Assembly (NCBI RefSeq): GCF_006345805.1
Contig: NC_043003.1
Span: 46,004,001 to 46,068,000, forward strand
DNA length: 64,000 bases
Source: Octopus sinensis
Lineage: Eukaryota
Reading direction: 5' to 3'
Of this stretch, positions 14,172 to 26,836 are shown one piece after another (position 1 is the stretch's first letter; every line of letters begins with the position of its first letter). Both the position numbers and the translations under genes were made by a program. A model generated the notes under the pieces. That model had not been told where the DNA came from and made no database searches. It worked only from the letters and a program-made list of their open reading frames with translations.

Positions 14172-15124
14172 TTTTTATTCCTCAGACATCTTAACTTTAT
14201 ATTTTTAGATACTCTTCACTGAATATTTTTATCGCTTGAACTTTCTAGATTGTCAGTTACACAGATTCTTGCCATTACACTATTTGTAATTCTTTACTAC
14301 GTGATTTGATAACTGAATCCCAAGAGGAGCTTAGTGAGTAAGCCGCACGATTCTCTCAGTCTATATCTTATATTACTTATACACACACTCATACACACAT
14401 ACTCATACACACACGTTCGCTACACCTTGCTCCATTTGTTTTTGTAAGAATTATGTTGAGCAGTCGTTTATCAATACAGCTAGTGTTTTTCTATTGGTTA
14501 GTCATCTTCGTCAATAAACACACATATTGTTAGTAGTTTACTTCAGTTTTAGCGTTAACTAATGAATTGCAGAATAAACTAATTATTGATTAGTTTTCAA
14601 AAACTTTTCGTCACGCTACTCTGACATTTCCAGTGATTTTAATGGCTAAATGTGATTTTCTTTCAATCTTCTGTTGCTCCGTTGTTAAATATTTACGTAT
14701 TTATTGTGAAACTTCAATATGTGTTGTGTTGCAGTTTTGTTTATATTGTGCCGGTTTCCATTTATTTTTATGGGTGCTAACATAAGTGTGTGTGCGTATG
14801 GGAGTGGTTTGTATGTTGTGTATATCTGTGGACATGAATGTAATTTATGTGACCTTGTGGCTTGTGTATGTATGTATGTTTGGGAGTTGACTTAGTTGAA
14901 CTAAAGCTTTATTTTATCCTCGTTCGTGCTGTGGTGATAGGCTGTAGTTATTGCGGTGTTTCTATTTCACACCCTTTTATTGAGTATATGTAGCTTCATA
15001 ATCTACTTTAGTATGAGTACCATTCTTATAGTATATAGGAGTCTTGGCGGTTTAGATAGGATCTTTCGAAAAATTTTATTTTTCAATAATTTTTATTGAT
15101 TTATTGTGTTTTTATATTCTTTTC

Positions 15125-15310
15125 AACTCTAGGCACAAGGCTCGAAATCTTTGGTGAGGGGCCCAGTCGATTAGGTCGACCACAGTACACAACTGGTACT
15201 CAATTTATTGATCCCGAAAGGATGAAAGGCAAAATTAAATTAGGCGCAATTTGAACTCAGAATGTAAAGATATGAAATACCGCTAAGCATTTCACCCGGC
15301 ATGCTAAATT
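15125..15310 (-). mobile_element. SINE family B; further copies at ~20820-21015 (-), 21540-21640 (-), 31640-31810 (-), 41133-41345 (+)
   Basis: ctctaggcacaaggc...cccgaaaggatgaaaggcaaa...gaaataccgctaagcatttc. Confidence 0.8.
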
Positions 15311-15729
15311 GTGCTTTAATAGTGCATTATGATAAAGTATGAACGTCTCTTTATTACCACAGTATTCAAGTCAGTGTTTCTAAATCCTTCCTCCAATATT
15401 GCGTGTAGTTTCCTCTACATAAATTGTGGTGGTTTCCTTACATTGTCCTTCCATACATATTATATGGTATACTACATGCCTAATTTTGTAGTTCATCAAT
15501 AAGTTGAATGTACATACTTTGCAGATATTAATCAGTGATTTTTCTTCAATAATTTTACAAAATTGAGAGCTAGAAGGTACGGAATAAATCTTCTTAATGC
15601 CAGACGAACTACACCCAAATAAGAAGTATGAGGGTGGGTGCTTATTTTACCAACAAAAGCATAACAGTGAATAATCACATATTTAAAGTGAAAAATAAAC
15701 TACACGATCATCTAATCTTATCTCCTTAT

Positions 15730-16490
15730 TTTAGAGACAGCAGAATTGAAAACATGGCATGATAGAATAGGAATCTGACACGTTAACTATTTGAGAGATC
15801 TTGGCTTGTGGTAAGGATTTAACCGATAAGCCGACAACATAAAATTTGTGACCGAAACTTCTGCACAAGATCATACCTAGAATTAGAAAAATACACAGTA
15901 GAAAGACTCCAACACACAACACACTCTATCCAAAACAATATCCTGATTACCAACCACTATTTTATCAAACATCCTAACAAAATATTGCCACGGGCATATG
16001 GCGTAGTGGTTAAGTTCGCAGGCTACTAACCCCAAGATTCTGAGTTCTATTCCAGTTAGTGACTGGAATAATAATAATAATAATAATAATAAATTGCCAG
16101 TTTTAGATACAGAAGTGTGATTAGAAACTAAGGAAGACGTGAAACAATTGCTCTGCTTGCATAATATGAAGCCTTTAGCCACAAGGCACCTAGTCCACCG
16201 TAGGCCAACAAATACAATGTAAAAATCCTCATAACATGTCTACTCAGGCTGATGAGAAATGATTCCAGTATATGTCCAATCTGTGAACAGAGAAGAAACG
16301 TAGATAATACTACATGCAATTGTCTAGACTCAAGTAACAAGGTCAAAACTTGAGTGTACAGAAGAGCTGTGAATATTTTCGTAGGCGCCAGCAGCAGAGC
16401 CACGAAAATATTGAAAACTGTCAGCAGAGAGGGAATAGAAATATTTCAAACAACCATCAAGTGCAACAATTCGATTAAAAGATTTTCTAG
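15730..16490 (+). mobile_element. Possible L1/Tx1-like LINE 3' relic interrupted by a short SINE
   Basis: Fragments WHDRIGI.HVNYLRDL, KPLATRHLVHRR and SSICPICEQ...C.DS.KVK loosely resemble the L1/Tx1 C-terminal zinc knuckle; many stops. Confidence 0.3.
15988..16095 (+). mobile_element. Short tRNA-derived SINE or tRNA pseudogene with (AAT)n tail
   Basis: A box TGGCGTAGTGG, anticodon-like loop CT-ACT-AA, B-box-like GAGTTCTATTCC, then directly (AAT)n. Confidence 0.65.
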
Positions 16491-17147
16491 TTGATCTTGA
16501 AAAAGTTGTACTGCAAAAGAAAGAAACAAGGTAAGTCAGGGTCGTGATGTGACACCAACATATACCAACGTATCCCGTTTAATGATGCTGTTTAGTTAGC
16601 TGAGCTACTTTCACTTAATAAACTGAAAATCAATGGGAAAAATTATATTGCGTTAAAGGATATTAGTAGCTATATCAGCAGCGGTAGATTTTGTCTTAGC
16701 ATCATCTTGTTATGGAACACTTTAAACTGATAAAGCTCAACGAAGAGAAGAATGATTCTCCTCTACATCTGATATATTTCTATTCATTCTTTAACACTAA
16801 ACGTCTATAAGAGACATTGCTTCTTATACAAATATCACAGTCTTTCAACAATGTGTCAACAAGGTATCAGCTTTAAGTATCGTATACAACATGCTATTAC
16901 AAACTAAAACTGTTTCTATTGTAGATGACGTATACATGTGTGTGTGTGTGTGGTGTGTGTGTGTGTGTGTTCGAACCGTCTCAACTGTAACTGCCCGAAA
17001 AGGCCGTGACTTCTGGAACTTGACTGATGAAAGAAAGCCTAGAATGACTCGTCTTTTTTTGCCTGTCTTTCTAATTATTGTTCTCTTGTCCGCCTTTGTA
17101 TCGTGTATCTGTCCGAACATTTTAATGCCCTCTGTTGCGTTTTTGTT

Positions 17148-17202
<55 letters not shown>

Positions 17203-17436
17203 TCAATGTAACTGCACGTGGCCCGTTGGCAATTTCTTCTTCTCTTCCTTATTTGGATATTTCCCTTTCACCTATCCGACGAAGAGCTATCCCCCAAATA
17301 TTTAGAAATAAGAATAGCTATTGAGTTGTTTTGACTCATATTTCTAGCAATACTGGTGCTCATTAGTGTCCTTTGTCACTTTAATGACGTTTTATTTCTG
17401 CCTTCAGGTTGTAAAATTGCGAATAAGCCAACCATA

Positions 17437-17483
<47 letters not shown>

Positions 17484-17486
<3 letters not shown>

Positions 17487-17865
17487 CTTCCTGTGCTCGT
17501 TAGATCTTATGTCCCTGCCGTAAGGTTTTACTTTCACACACACTAGCTTAATTTAATTCATCCTCAGTCGAAAGACACCTGGTGTTACGTCCTGTTATTT
17601 GTATTTGTGTAACATTTCTGTTATTTTTCCGTCCATGTTCTCATATACATTGGCTGCTTTCTTCCAAGGAACGTAATGTTCTTAGCTTATTTTTCTTGGG
17701 GCTGGCCAGATTGGAGCAATCTCGAGTATAACCAGCCGAAATTGCAAAGAAAATCTGGAACTCGACCAAGTATAGAAAACTCCTATTGATCCGTCCTTGT
17801 TTTCCTTGTGTCTGGATATATTGTTTACCCTTTTTTGTACCACCTAATTGTCTGGATGTTTTGCA
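17484..17865 (-). mobile_element. Possible decayed PLE 3' end with hammerhead relic (~17510-17577)
   Basis: Minus-strand frames read KH...NNISRHKENKD..FSILGR...RLVILE, resembling a GIY-YIG C-terminus, then TGTCTTTCGA CTGAGGA...GAAAG...AGGGACA with a possible stem I but no stem II. Confidence 0.3.
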
Positions 17866-17883
17866 TCCATGTCCCATTTATTA

Positions 17884-17962
<79 letters not shown>

Positions 17963-18479
17963 TGATTGATGAAAAAAGGAGGGATAAGTTGTCAAACCAG
18001 AGAACTGAGGTCAATATTACAACAATGAAGAACCCTCCTTTGAAGGCACCCATGGGGGGATAGATACTGGGGTTAATCCGGATGTTGGAGTAAATCTATG
18101 ACACTAACACCACTTTGGGGTATGTGGGTAGTAGGTTTGAACTCAGACCGTAAAGCAGTGAGACATAATATTGTAAGATACCACGCTTAAAGCACTATTT
18201 TTTTCCGTCAGACCTCCACACTTATATATCTTTGCACACGTCTGTATGTCTTTGTGTGCGCGCGTGCGTGCATGTGTGTGTGTGTCTGTGTATGTGTGTG
18301 TGTGTGTGTGTGTTTATGCATGTGTGTAACTTGGTACTGTATGTATTGAAGCGATTAGTGAAGTTCTCAGTTTAGTTTTAATATCATATCGTCTTTCTAT
18401 TCTCTGTTGAATATTTTCTTTTATCTTTGCTTGCACAATGTTTTCGGCAAAAGCATATATGTATGTATGAGTGTGTTAA

Positions 18480-18520
<41 letters not shown>

Positions 18521-18647
18521 GGTGGTAGAGAGACAGGGGAGGGGGAGAGAGAAATGTATGTATATATGTATATATATATTAATATATATGTGCGTGTACG
18601 TATGTGTGTGAAGGTATATATGTACACAAATGTATATGTATAGATGT

Positions 18648-18697
<50 letters not shown>

Positions 18698-18960
18698 CAC
18701 AATTATATTCTTGTGTATACATTGATAGTTCTAATATTTTTCTACGTTATTGATCAGAATTTTTCATTGATTCGTTCATTTATAATTTTGTGTCTGTGTG
18801 TGTATGTATGCATACATATATGTGTGTGCATGCATGCATATATATATATATATAACATATATATATAATGTATATATCTCTCTATATATATACATATATG
18901 CACACACACACATACATATACAAATATATATACATATATGTGCGTGCATGGCCTTGTGCG

Positions 18961-18994
<34 letters not shown>

Positions 18995-19383
18995 ATATAT
19001 ACATACATACATACATACGTATGTATATATCTGCTTAAAAATATATTGATTCATTCATTCGAGTGTGTGTATTTTTTTCTTCCCTATTTACAGTTTTAAA
19101 CGTTCAGAATGGCGATAAATTTTTAAACAAATTATATCTTTACAAAATAATTGCTGTCTTTCTACACAATTTCTTTTTTCATAATTTCATAACACATTCA
19201 TTATCTGTTTCTCTATCACTTACATCCCCCGTATATCCCATACACAACCAGACTTTATCAATGTTGCTGTATATTTTGTATTACATATCCCTCTCTATTC
19301 TTCTCTGGTTCTCTTTCACTCCAATTTACCTACTCTCTCTCTCTTTCTATATATGTATATATATATATATACACACACACATA

Positions 19384-19426
<43 letters not shown>

Positions 19427-19713
19427 ACAAGTATATATGGGTTTACATACGAATGTAAAGACACTTGGGAATACATTTCTATATTTCTCTATAGTCGTAT
19501 ATACATTAATAGTTATGTATGCGAGTTTTGATGTATGTTTACGTATGCACATACACACACACACGCTCACTCGCATGTGGACAGGCAGACACATGCACAT
19601 ACATTTGTATGTATTTCCGAAAAGATATATTTATTCGTATTTCAGATATGTCTATATAGGTTATGGGAATATACATATACATATATATATGTATGTATAT
19701 GTATATAATGTAC

Positions 19714-19874
<161 letters not shown>

Positions 19875-19966
19875 GTATGTTTGTGAGTGCATACATGTGT
19901 GTGAGTGTGTCTTTGCGCGCGTGTGTGGCGTGTAGGTATGTCTCGGGGCATATATATACATATATG

Positions 19967-20010
<44 letters not shown>

Positions 20011-20259
20011 GTATGTACATATATATATGTGTGTGTACGTGTGTGTGTGTACACATACGCACGCATACATTTATGCGCGGGCACACACACATGGTTCTTG
20101 ATCGCTGTTAAAGAGTTGGAGGGGATAGATTTTTTTTTTTTAGAATTGTAATTTTAGGTTTTAGAATTTCTATTCAAACAGTTTTCACACAGGGAAAAAA
20201 ACACACACTACGACCACGACAAGTAACAACAACTAATATTAGGAAGAGTTATTATAATT

Positions 20260-20651
20260 TACAAGCAAACCGCCCCCCCCCCGTCCAATGGACGGTGCTG
20301 AGTTGTCAAACATTTAAACCAAATTTTCTCAAAACAACTTGTCCGCCCGTCCCATAGGCTTCCCCTTTGAGAAACACTGATTTAACCTAAATTTGAGACA
20401 CCAGCAAAAGAAGAAATAAATATAGACATTTTTGTATTCCAAAAAAAAAATAGATTTTACAAATGCTCGTACCCACGGTTTTATCGATCGCATTCTCACC
20501 TGGAATAGATTTTTGTAATTTTTTCAAGACTTATACACGCGCTGATACCGTCGGTATCTACATATCAAATTTGAGCGCAATCGGGTGGAGTATACCCGAG
20601 ATCCTAGAAGATACACACACAGACATACAGAACGGATTTTATATAATAGAT
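20260..20651 (+). mobile_element. Non-autonomous Helitron/Helentron-like element (HINE/Lep1-like)
   Basis: 5' hairpin ccgtcc-aat-ggacgg; 3' aaatttgagcgcaatcgg...acacacagacatacag...ttttatataatagat, the architecture of DINE-1/Lep1-type elements. Confidence 0.45.
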
Positions 20652-22644
20652 TGGGCGCTAGATAAATCGGCGAGACAGCAGAACCGTCAGCACGTCGGAC
20701 AAAGTGCTTAGCGTTATGTCCTCCGTCTTTACAGACAAGAACCAGCAACCGCTACAGCAAATTCCACTGTTATTATGACAACTGCTCTTTCCATTATAAA
20801 TGATAATGGCTTTTAATTCATGTATAAGGCCATCTGCTTTTGAGGGTAGGAGTAAGTCGATTACATCGAACCCAGTGTTCAACTGATATTTATTTTATCG
20901 ATCTCACAAGGATGAAAAGCAAAGTCGACCTCGACAGAATTTGGGCTCAAAATGTAATAACGGATGAAATGCCTCTAAGCTTATTATCAGGCATGCTAAC
21001 TTTCTGCTAACTCGCCTGCTCTATCTACTGGCCAATGATAATAATAATTCTTTTTAATATTATGCCAAGACCAGCAATTTTGAATGGAGAAGGAACCTCG
21101 ATTTCATCGAACCAAGGACTTGACTTGTATTACATTTCATCGAGCACGGTGGGATTTGAACACAGAATGCAATGAGACGGAAATAATGTTGACAAGCATT
21201 TTGTTTGGCGTGCACACGATTCTGCCAATACATCACTTTAGCAATCATTTCTGCTATAGGCATAAGGCTTGAAATTATGTGATAAGAGCATAGTCGATAA
21301 CATTGATCCTAATCATTCTCTTATTAAAAACGAATCTACATCTCGGATGTGTTTTATCAACAGATGGATCCCAGTACGAAGCTAACATTTTATTTTAATG
21401 TGCGAGGTAATATAAAAGGCGAAGCCTACCTCAGCTCATAACTAAATACTGCAACGCATTTTGTTCGCCAATCTAGTTAGTCTACTAATTTCTTATCCTA
21501 ACAATAAAGAATTTTCAACACAGGCACAATGTCAAATTGATTGGGTCTTGAGGTTTGAGTCGATACATGTAAACCAGTGTTTCACTGGTACTTTTGTTAA
21601 TCGACTGTGAAAGGATGAACTACAGAGTTGTATCTGGCAGGACTGGATGACACAACATAAAGCAACGTGCTTAAATGTCACAAATCGCTTGGCTTGCTAC
21701 ACTGGGGAGTCAGCTACGCTCTCAAACAAGGTTCTTCGTAAATAACTGAGAATGATCCGAAATATAATCTAGGGACGCATAAAACCCTATGTATTTTGAT
21801 GCATTTACAAAATGCCATTATCCTAACAAGTTCAGTTATTATGATTGATATGAACTGATGGTGATTTGGTAGAGTGGATTAAGCACTGGTTTGAACACGG
21901 TCCGATATTTTGTTTTCTTGATCCTAAGTTCATATTCCGAAGAGGTCAACTTTGTCTTTCATCTTTTCATTACAATGAATAAATTATCAGCCCAGTCCAG
22001 TGGATTAGCAAAATTATTAGAATTTGTTCCGAATCGTTGCATTCTGAGTGTAAATTGCGGTTCCAGTCCCTGTAGCATGGAAGCGGTGATTTTGAGAGCC
22101 ACGTGACCTAAAACAGGCAATGTCAGACGGAGAGATGCGTTGGCTGGTGAAACTCTAGGCAACAACAATATGACGAACGTAATTTGCTTAAAGATAGATA
22201 AATGCTAAAACAGAAAACTGTTGTAATTAACATACAAATAAAGACATATTTTAATTCTTTGCCTTAGTGTATTTTCCCAAGTACCAGATATCATATTAAT
22301 AGCTACTGAACACATTATACCAAAGCGTAGCTGTGTGTGGCTTCGGTGCATATCATGTCTTGTTTTGTTTCTCGTATGTTTTTAGAGTTTTGAAAATACT
22401 CTTCTATGTAGATCTGTCGAGAATCATGGGATCACCATTGCTAAAAGTTAGAAAGTTATGTATGCGCAGGCCTGGGCAATATATTTTTAAGGAAGAATGG
22501 AAGCTTTTAATGCAAGCAAGTCTCATTTTTGCCCGCCATAGATGTTTATTCAAGGCAAAAGCCTTTTAAATAAACCGCAACAGCTTGTAACTAATGTTGT
22601 CGTGGAATTCTCATAACACATATAAGCTAAATCATATGTTGGTT

Positions 22645-23550
22645 TCAAATTTTGGCACAAGGTCAGCAATATCGGGGTACAGGGTTAGTCAGGTGCATTG
22701 ACCCTAGTACTCAACTGGTCCTTGTTTTAACGATTCCGAAAAGATGAAAGCCAAAATGGACTTCAGCGAAATTTGAACTCACAACCTAAAGACAGACGAA
22801 ATGCCGCTAAGCATTTTAGCTGACGTGCTAACGATTGTTTTCTACTCTAGGCGCAAGGCCTGAAATTTTGGGGAGGGGGCCAGTCGATTAGATCGACCCC
22901 AGTACCCAACTCGTACTTAATTTATCGACCCGAAAGGATAAAAGGCAAAGTTGCCCTCGGCGGAATTTGAATTCAGAACGTAAAGACAGACGAAATACTG
23001 CTGAGCATTTCGTCTAGCGTGCTATCATTTCTGCCTGCTTGCCGCCTTAAATATTTATTTATTGCCCACGGCAGGCTAAACATAGAAGAGAGAAACAAGG
23101 ACAGACAAGGGGATGAAGTCGATTACATCGACCCCAGTGCGTAACTGGTACTATTCTTTTCTACTCTAGGCACAAAGCCCGAAATTTTAGGGCAAGGCGC
23201 CAATCGATTATATCGAGCCCAGTACGCAACTAGTACTTAATTTGTCGACCCCGAAAGGGTGAAAGGCAAAGTCGACCTCGGCGGAATTTGAACCCAGTAC
23301 GTAACGGCAAACGAAATACCTATTTCTTTACTACCCACAAGGGGCTAAACACAGAGAGAACAAACAAGGACAGACAAACTGATCAAGTCGATTACTTCGA
23401 CCCCAGTGCGTAACTGGTACTTAATTTATCGACCCCGAAAGGATGAAAGGCAAAGTGGACCTCGGCGGAATTTGAACTCAGAACGTAACGGCAGACGAAA
23501 TACGGCTACGCATTTCGCCCGGCGTGCTAACGTTTCTGCCAGCTTGCCGC
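22645..23550 (-). mobile_element. Array of about five same-orientation SINE family B copies (Meta/MESC-like domain)
   Basis: Repeated reverse complement of gagttcaaattccgccgaggtcgactttgcctttcatcctttcggggtcgataaattaagtaccag; head ggcggcaagctggcagaaacgttagc at ~23550. Confidence 0.88.
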
Positions 23551-24406
23551 CTTGACCTCGATTAAATATTGCAAGGGATGTAGCACGACTCCCGAGCTGT
23601 TCTGTCGATCCAATTCCCTGGATTATTTCTTTTTATCAACACCCGAAAGCCTGAAATGTAATGTTGACCTTCGCGAGACTTAAGCCCAGAATACAGGGTC
23701 AGATGAAATAAAACAAGATGCTCTTACGACTCTGCCTGTGCAGCGCCCTTGTGCGTCGTTGTGAATTTTGTGTATGGGTATATCCTAGATGTTAGTGCCA
23801 AAATAGTCTGCTTTTAATTTTTATTTTATTCTATCTTAAGTATTCTTGGGGCAATTATTATAATTGATTTTAATTTCTATTTCCAGAAATTTATATTTGG
23901 ATAGTCTCTCGATTTCTTCTTTTAATTTTTTGCGGTTGTTACAAATGATATATCGATTTGGAGACACATGAACCCCTGGTCAACGATGGCCATAACATCT
24001 GAATGATTCACTTAATCTCTCTCAAAAATATTTGTTAGTATGATTTAGCATTTCCTAGAATATGGTAAAAATGTCATTCTGTGAAAAATTTTGGAGCATA
24101 AAAGATTATGAGTGCTAATCTAAATTCAAATTTAGTGACCTATAGAACGGCCTGTTCTTTCTACTGTCTTATATTAGTATATATATCTTACAAAATCATT
24201 GTCGTAATTCTTAGACATCACCATACTCACACACACACACACACACGCACAAACACACACACACGCACAAACACACACAAATACACATTTATGTATATAT
24301 TTATATCTATAAATGTATATAGACAAATATATATATATATATACATATATACACACACATATATATGCATGCATATATGATATGCATTTGTTCATATAAA
24401 TATATA

Positions 24407-25677
24407 CAGGGGCTAGACAAAATAATGGAAACACATTAAAATTTCAAACAAATTTATGTTATAATATAGGGTAGGACCGCCTCTGGCAGTAATTACAGCT
24501 TGAATTCTACAAGGTATGGGCTCATACAAAGTTTGAATTGTTTGCAAAGGAATTTTGTCCATTCTAAAATCGTCTCCAGTTCTTGCAGTGATGATGGTGG
24601 AAGATATCGACTCCTTACTTGTTTTTTCTAAAATGCACCATAAATGTTTAATAATATTGAGATCTGGGGACTGTAGTGGCCAGATAAGATGTTCAACTTC
24701 ACTAGAATATTCCTCGTGCCATTCAGTAACAATTTTAGCAGTGTGAATTGGTGCATTATCATTCTGAAAGATTGCGTTTCTCTCTAGAAACAGTTCCGCA
24801 ATCATACGATGAATTTGATCAGATAAAATGCTTAAATAGTCTTGACTATTAATTCTGCCATGAAGAGAAACAATTGGGCCGGCGGATTACCAAGATATAG
24901 ACTCCTACGCCTGATCATCGCAGATCCTCCTCCATATTTAACAGTTGGAAGAAGGCAGTCTGGGTTAAATGATTCTTTTGGCTGTTTCCACACGTATACA
25001 TGGTCTGTGGTCAGAAATAAAGTAAAGGATGACTCATCCCATTAAATAACATTCTTCCACTGCTCTAGGGACCAATTCTGTAAGTTTTTACTCCACTCTA
25101 AACGATTTGCAACGTTTGTTTTTGAAAGTAGTGGTTTTCTGATTGCAGCCCTCCCGTGAAATCAGGCTTTGTGCAGCTCCCGGTGAGCAGTTTTTATGGA
25201 AACTGAGTTTTCGAGGTGGTCATTAAGCTCTCCAGCAATTTTGGGAGCTGTACTTTTGTGATCCTTTCTAACATTTCACGTAAGAGACCGACGGTCCTTC
25301 TCTGAAAGTTTTGGTTTTCTTCCAGGGTTTTGTTTCGACGAGGAGGTTTTTCCTTATTTCTCAATGGCTGTCATTACTTTCGAAACAGTACTTCTTGAGA
25401 CACCAAACATTTCGGCTGTTATCGTAACACCAGCACCTACCATACGAGCACCAATAATTTGACCTCTTTGGAAGTCTGATAGATCTGTCATTTTAATGAA
25501 TTTTAATTACCTTTTTCTGATGATATCTGAAAAGAAACACCAATTTTAGCAAAACATATTAAGCAACACTAATAATAAATCAAAAAACAAAAATAAACAA
25601 GCTTTTGACAGTTTTATAGATATCTCAAAATTATGATGCTATGATGCTAGGTGTTTCCATTAATTTGTCTAACCCCT

Positions 25678-25678
<1 letters not shown>
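24407..25678 (-). mobile_element. Tc1-family DNA transposon with 28-bp TIRs
   Basis: Left caggggctagacaaaataatggaaacac (24407-24434); right gtgtttccattaatttgtctaacccctg (25651-25678); left end preceded by TA, right by TT(TA)n. Confidence 0.92.
24470..25491 (-). pseudogene. Tc1 DD34E-type transposase pseudogene
   Basis: Starts MTDLSDFQRGQIIGARMVGAGVTITAEMFGVSRSTVSKVMTA (HTH) and later reads FQNDNAPIHTA...WPLQSPDLNIIKHLW; multiple stops and frameshifts. Confidence 0.9.
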
Positions 25679-25717
<39 letters not shown>

Positions 25718-25823
25718 CAATGAAAATAATAAGGATTTTGACGAAGTTGCTTTAGCATTACCTTTATATATGAATACAGCCTCAAATATACATACATACA
25801 TGCATACATACATACAAACATAC

Positions 25824-26145
25824 ATCTTGAGAAATTAGGCTTTTTAAAACCAGAAAGGAGAAAGTTAATTCGAAGACTACAGATCCAATCCATAACCGGA
25901 ACTGTAAAAATCTGTAAAACTTTCCAGTAGTTAATCATTTAAATATATATGAGCATCTCTAGATATGCATGCGAATACCTACTATAAAGTAAAACATTCA
26001 AATTTGCACATATACATACATACAAAGAAAAATAAGCTGTTGTTGATGTTGAAATTCCAATGAAGGAGTCTTAGATCTAGGTTAATGACCGACTCTTTCT
26101 CTATTGTCAAGAAATCTTTAAATAAAAACCGAACAATGAAATACA
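25824..26145 (+). mobile_element. Second, shorter copy of the same RLE retrotransposon
   Basis: LEKLGFLKPERRKLIRRLQIQSITGTVKICKTFQ*, then a 3' UTR matching the reverse complement of 26290-26585; begins directly after (CATA)n. Confidence 0.78.
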
Positions 26146-26185
26146 AAAATATATAAATAAATACGTATGTATGAATGTATGTATG

Positions 26186-26219
<34 letters not shown>

Positions 26220-26269
26220 TGTATGTATGTATGTATGTATGTATGTATGTGTGTGTGTATATATGTTTG

Positions 26270-26836
26270 TATGTCATTATTCAGTTTTATTTTAAGATTT
26301 CTTGCCAATATAGAAAGATTCGGTTTCTAATCTAGATCCAAGGCCCCTTCATTGGAATTTCAACAACATGAAGAGGACATTTTTTGTATGTTTGTATGTA
26401 TGTATTGTGTTGATTGTATGCTTTGTTTTATATATGTCTTCTTATGCATATAGTTGCTTATCTAGACATGCTCATAAACACTTGAATGATAAACTTCTGG
26501 AAAGTTTTACAAATTTTTACGGTTCCACTGATGGCTTCAATCTCTGTTTTCTCCTTTCTGGTTTTGAGAAGCCTAATTCCTCAAGATTGGTATTTAGGCA
26601 GTGTGTTACATATCCCAGTGCCTCAAGAATTACAGGGACAAACCTAAACTTTCAATCTGGATATAGTAGCTGCAGATTCCTCAGTTGTTCAGCATAGTTA
26701 CTCAGCTTTATGATAACATCCGCTGGGCAGCAGATTTCCACAACCGTACGGTTTCTCTTCTCTATCCCAAATCATTATATTAGGTCTATTGGTCTATTGA
26801 GGTTTTCACTGGGACATTCCACCAGTACTCCTTTTT
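26270..26836 (-). mobile_element. 5'-truncated RLE-type non-LTR retrotransposon (R4/Dong-like), endonuclease domain plus 3' UTR
   Basis: Minus strand with frameshifts: EYWWNVPVKT..NRPNIMIWDREEK.TVVEICCPADV...NYAEQLRNLQLLYPD*KFRFVPVILEALGYVTHCL...ISGTVKICKTFQKF. Resembles the PD-(D/E)xK RLE motif RPD..WD..VE..CP.D..Y..PV..GALG. Both ends in (TACA)n-type tracts. Confidence 0.8.

Noticed and set aside
16491-16530. Candidate 40-nt exon (ttttctag|...DLEKVVLQKKET|gtaagt)
   Set aside because: Good donor, but no recognisable homology or partner exons, and it adjoins a probable retroelement relic; needs RNA-seq.
22645-23550. Repeat-spacer appearance suggesting a CRISPR array
   Set aside because: Units are variable-length SINE fragments with Pol III boxes, dispersed across the window; eukaryotic context and no cas genes.
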